The notes under the pieces were generated by a model, which saw nothing but the letters and a program-made list of their open reading frames with translations, was not told the origin of the DNA and ran no database searches. Positions 40,877 to 64,000 of a stretch of 64,000 nucleotides of DNA are shown here, one piece after another (within the stretch, counting starts at the first letter, position 1; each line of letters opens with the position of its first letter). A program made the position numbers and the translations under genes. This DNA is from Lingula anatina (lineage: Eukaryota; Animalia; Brachiopoda): contig CM120647.1 in assembly GCA_051362555.1 (NCBI GenBank), forward strand, positions 11,880,651 to 11,944,650. The letters are read 5' to 3'.

Positions 40877-40965
40877 TGGCACGCAACTGCCCTGCGTCTA
40901 TGCTATTTGCCCAGGTCGACCAAAGACACATTTTGCATCGATTGTAAGAACATCTGACGCACAGC

Positions 40966-41393
40966 ATGAGAGTTAAAGTTGTTCTTGTCATTTGCGTATT
41001 GGCTACCATATGCGCATGTGCGTTCGCTGACGAAGGTAACGTGTCTCATACTTACTTTTACTGTCTATTTTTTCCTATAGAAATAGATAATTATTTTTTC
41101 GACTTAAATCATAGCGGGAGATGCACTTCTTCGAATGTATGCATATATAACTTGCTGAGTGATTGTGCCTTTTAAAAGGTTATTCCACGACTTATAATAT
41201 TCTGAACGATATAATTTAAAACATATTATCACTTTGCCATTCGCTAATCACGTGTTTGTCCGTAACAATAAATAATAATAAATAGATAAAATTAACTTTA
41301 TAAAAAATAATAATATAATCATTATTTTAATTACAGAATCGAGACTAGGCTCCAATCTGGAAAAATCAAACAGGTATTATAAGACTGTGCATC

Positions 41394-41455
<62 letters not shown>

Positions 41456-41780
41456 CTTACCTTGCTCAATGTAATTCTAAAAACATTTCTAATTGATTGA
41501 TTTGAAAACTGGCTGTGTATTTTTTTTCCACATAATCAGTAACAATTTTGTTAGTAAGTTAGATAGCATAATGTAAAATTAGTTTTCAGATATTTTCCAA
41601 TTTTCCAGCCTCCTTAGCCTTTTCAAGAGACGCCATAGCAATCGCACATGCGTAGAGCTGTTTGATCGGTGCAATTTCCATAAGCGCTGTTGTCATGGTT
41701 ACTGTGTCAAAAAGAGGGCACATCACAATAACGGGGAGTGCGAGATGTACAAGGGGAAATATCTGGTGTATCAGCCTTAA
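40966..41780 (+). CDS. Inhibitor cystine knot (conotoxin framework VI/VII-like) prepropeptide, 92 aa
   Basis: Exons 40966-41035, 41337-41373 and 41609-41780 (GT-AG; phases 1,2): MRVKVVLVICVLATICACAFADEESRLGSNLEKSNSLLSLFKR-RHSNRTCVELFDRCNFHKRCCHGYCVKKRAHHNNGECEMYKGKYLVYQP*. Cys spacing C-X6-C-X5-CC-X3-C-X11-C. Confidence 0.88.
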
Positions 41781-44302
41781 AGATACTATTGCGCCATCTA
41801 TCGTCAAGTCCAGAAAAGACAGAAAAGGACCTTCTATAGCGTAAAGCACCAAAATGTGTATGGTTCTACGGTATGTTTATCATTGTCAAAAGAAAAGAAA
41901 CATTGTGACGTTAACTGGAAAATGAAACAATGTTGAAAATGCTTTAATAATTGCTTATGACTAGTTATTGGGTATATCGTTTATGTTAACCCGTGGCGGC
42001 GCCTACAGGTCGCAGTATTAATATTCTTCTTTCACACTTTGCGACTCGAGACAATTTACGCAGGTTCCGTTTGGTACAGCCCTTTTAAACATTTCAAGGG
42101 AGCGTGGACTAAACCACATCTACTAGTTTCTTATACGACTGAAATAAAGTCGACATGTCAAGTCATAAACCAAATCGGTCTCTCTTCTAAAACTGCCCCT
42201 TTAAATACATATATGGATTTGTTGTATTTATTTATTTATGAAGGTGATATTTAGGGCATTAATAACAAAAACAGAACACAATTACCATTTTGATATGTAT
42301 ATTTTGATGCATGAAGTAACGACGCATACGTGCATGTCAGAGATGCAGAGAGACATATTTATTTACTGAGATACATAAATTATATGCGAACTCTACATGA
42401 TTAAAATAATGCCAATTCCATTATGATGCGCATATGTCTAATTCCAGTTTTGATAATATAAAAATTTCTAAGTGACGTAACAACATAAACAATCTATAAA
42501 TCTTGTCATAAAATGTTTTTGATTTGAGCAAATCGCTATTGATGTCGGACGTTGTAATTTTTCATATGTTTTATAATAAAGCTGTTCGTGATAATATTCG
42601 CATGCACACGAAACAGTAGTAAGTGGGTTTGAGTCCATTGTTTGAAATACAAATAAAAATAGCCTTAATGTATTTAACCGAACATGCAGTCATTTGCTTT
42701 TCTGTTATTAGACCACGGTTAAGTGACCATAAGAATAACAGCGAACTTATCTATACTGACCACTACTCGAATATATTGACAAGAAATCTTTAAATCACAA
42801 CCAACTTAGCATGAATGGATATTCCCTGTTTCTTTAAAAAAATAAAAACAGGGTGGAATGTACAGAATGTCTAGATTAACCACTTTACATGCAGTGGTAT
42901 GATATTTTGATATATGTCATGTGGTTTGTATATAACAGTTGTGATACACTGTATATTATATACGCGTAACATATAACATATTTGATATGTTATGTGTTAC
43001 AGGTATGTAAATAACGTGATATCTATCACGACTGTCACGTGTTATATATATAACATCTGGATAACAAATGAATATTGAATACTATATTCATTCAGCTGTT
43101 CGAGTGGATAGGCATCACCCCACACCATCACGTTGGACGGGTATAGCGCCATGCGCTGGATGTCAACATCTTGGTGTGATAAACGTTTTGCTTTTTCAGG
43201 CTGTTTTAAATAGTGAAATGTTACTTACATTATACATGTCAAATGTAGTAAAATATATGAAAGTGCAAAGTAATAAAATTCATATAAATACATATGTTAC
43301 AGACTTCATAAAACATTATCCCATATGTATATATGTGTGTGTATATATAAATATATAGGTAAAGAAGATACATAATAAACAAAAAAATCCCTTGTTCCCA
43401 TAAAACATTAAAGCATAACATGGACATATAAAAACTAAAGTAAATTATAACGATATATGCTAGAGATATGTGTAGAGATATTTCGGACGACGGCAAACAA
43501 ATACAAGTGAAAGTGATGGTAAAACTAAACGCGTCCTAATATGAATTTCAATATAAAACATAGAAATGTGAAAAATGCATTTGGTTTGGTGTTTAAATGG
43601 TTACATTCGTGCACACCCTTTAAGTGCAATAAAATACTATGTACTCTTAAATATTCCTATACCTACTAAAGCCACAGTGCTGGCTATCATTAATTCTAAA
43701 ATCATTAAGTAACCTGTTTACTTTTACAACATATTTTAACAACATTAACTTTTAAGATGCTAGGCATGTAATAATAAATCATTATGCAAATTTGTGAAAC
43801 ACACGTGAAGTGCTTCATTGATGTCAGTAAGTTAAAAGAAATTTTCGTAAATCTCATTGATGATTATGCTGAAGCGATTACTTATAAACACTATTTCCAT
43901 ATTTGGATGTTTTTATGAGGCAGCACCGATTAGACTTGAGCTCAGTTTTATAAAAAAAAAATACCAAGTGCCATTTGCGTACATCAATATAAAATAAAAT
44001 TCAAAATAACATATCATTTTTCTTTTCGTCCTTTGTACGGAATTTCCGACAATATTCAGTGCTGAATAGCAGTTGATACAGCAATGATCATAAAATCGTC
44101 TTAACCTTAAAGCATCCCAAAAAAACAAAACAAAAATAAATAAATAAATAAAATAAATAAATAAAAATCAGTGCCCGCCCATGACACTTGACAATAGATA
44201 AATATTCCTAACAGAATTCTTCAACAATCTTCCGCTTGGTGACATTTTGGGAGCATCTTCTTTAAATACCACTGTAAGTGTCTGTCACTGCCTTGCATGA
44301 AG

Positions 44303-63859
<19,557 letters not shown>

Positions 63860-64000
63860 CTGGAATGAGAGGGGAAATTATGGACGTTTTATTTATATCG
63901 GTGATAACGAGGATATAGTTCTCGTGGTAGTTTTCTTAGCTCGAGGTCTGTATAATTTGTCTTTCTAATGTTTTTTGACATTTCAATAATCTCCTCTATT

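Overview
AT-rich, intron-rich animal genomic DNA, probably a marine invertebrate of lophotrochozoan type (inference only). Gene models were built by hand from splice sites and reading-frame phase. (1) The 5' three exons of MRTO4 (minus) lie head-to-head with (2) a 14-3-3 gene whose entire 3' half (three coding exons plus 3'UTR) occurs twice as intact, diverged cassettes. (3) A 5-exon, 238-aa Cys-rich protein with a signal peptide and a possible GPI-anchor tail (minus). (4) An 83-aa prepropeptide with three KR sites. (5) A 3-exon, 92-aa conotoxin-like prepropeptide with a C-C-CC-C-C knottin framework. (6) The 3' 29 exons of a large mosaic protease (LDLa/EGF/SRCR plus two S1 protease domains with non-tryptic features, minus). 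Two of its introns hold five antisense, intron-containing tRNA-Phe(GAA) genes. Also present: palindromic PIF/Harbinger-type MITEs, a LINE RT relic, possible TTAA-flanked DNA elements, a hammerhead-like motif and many microsatellites. Genes 3-5 are largely invisible in the ORF track because they are split into short exons.
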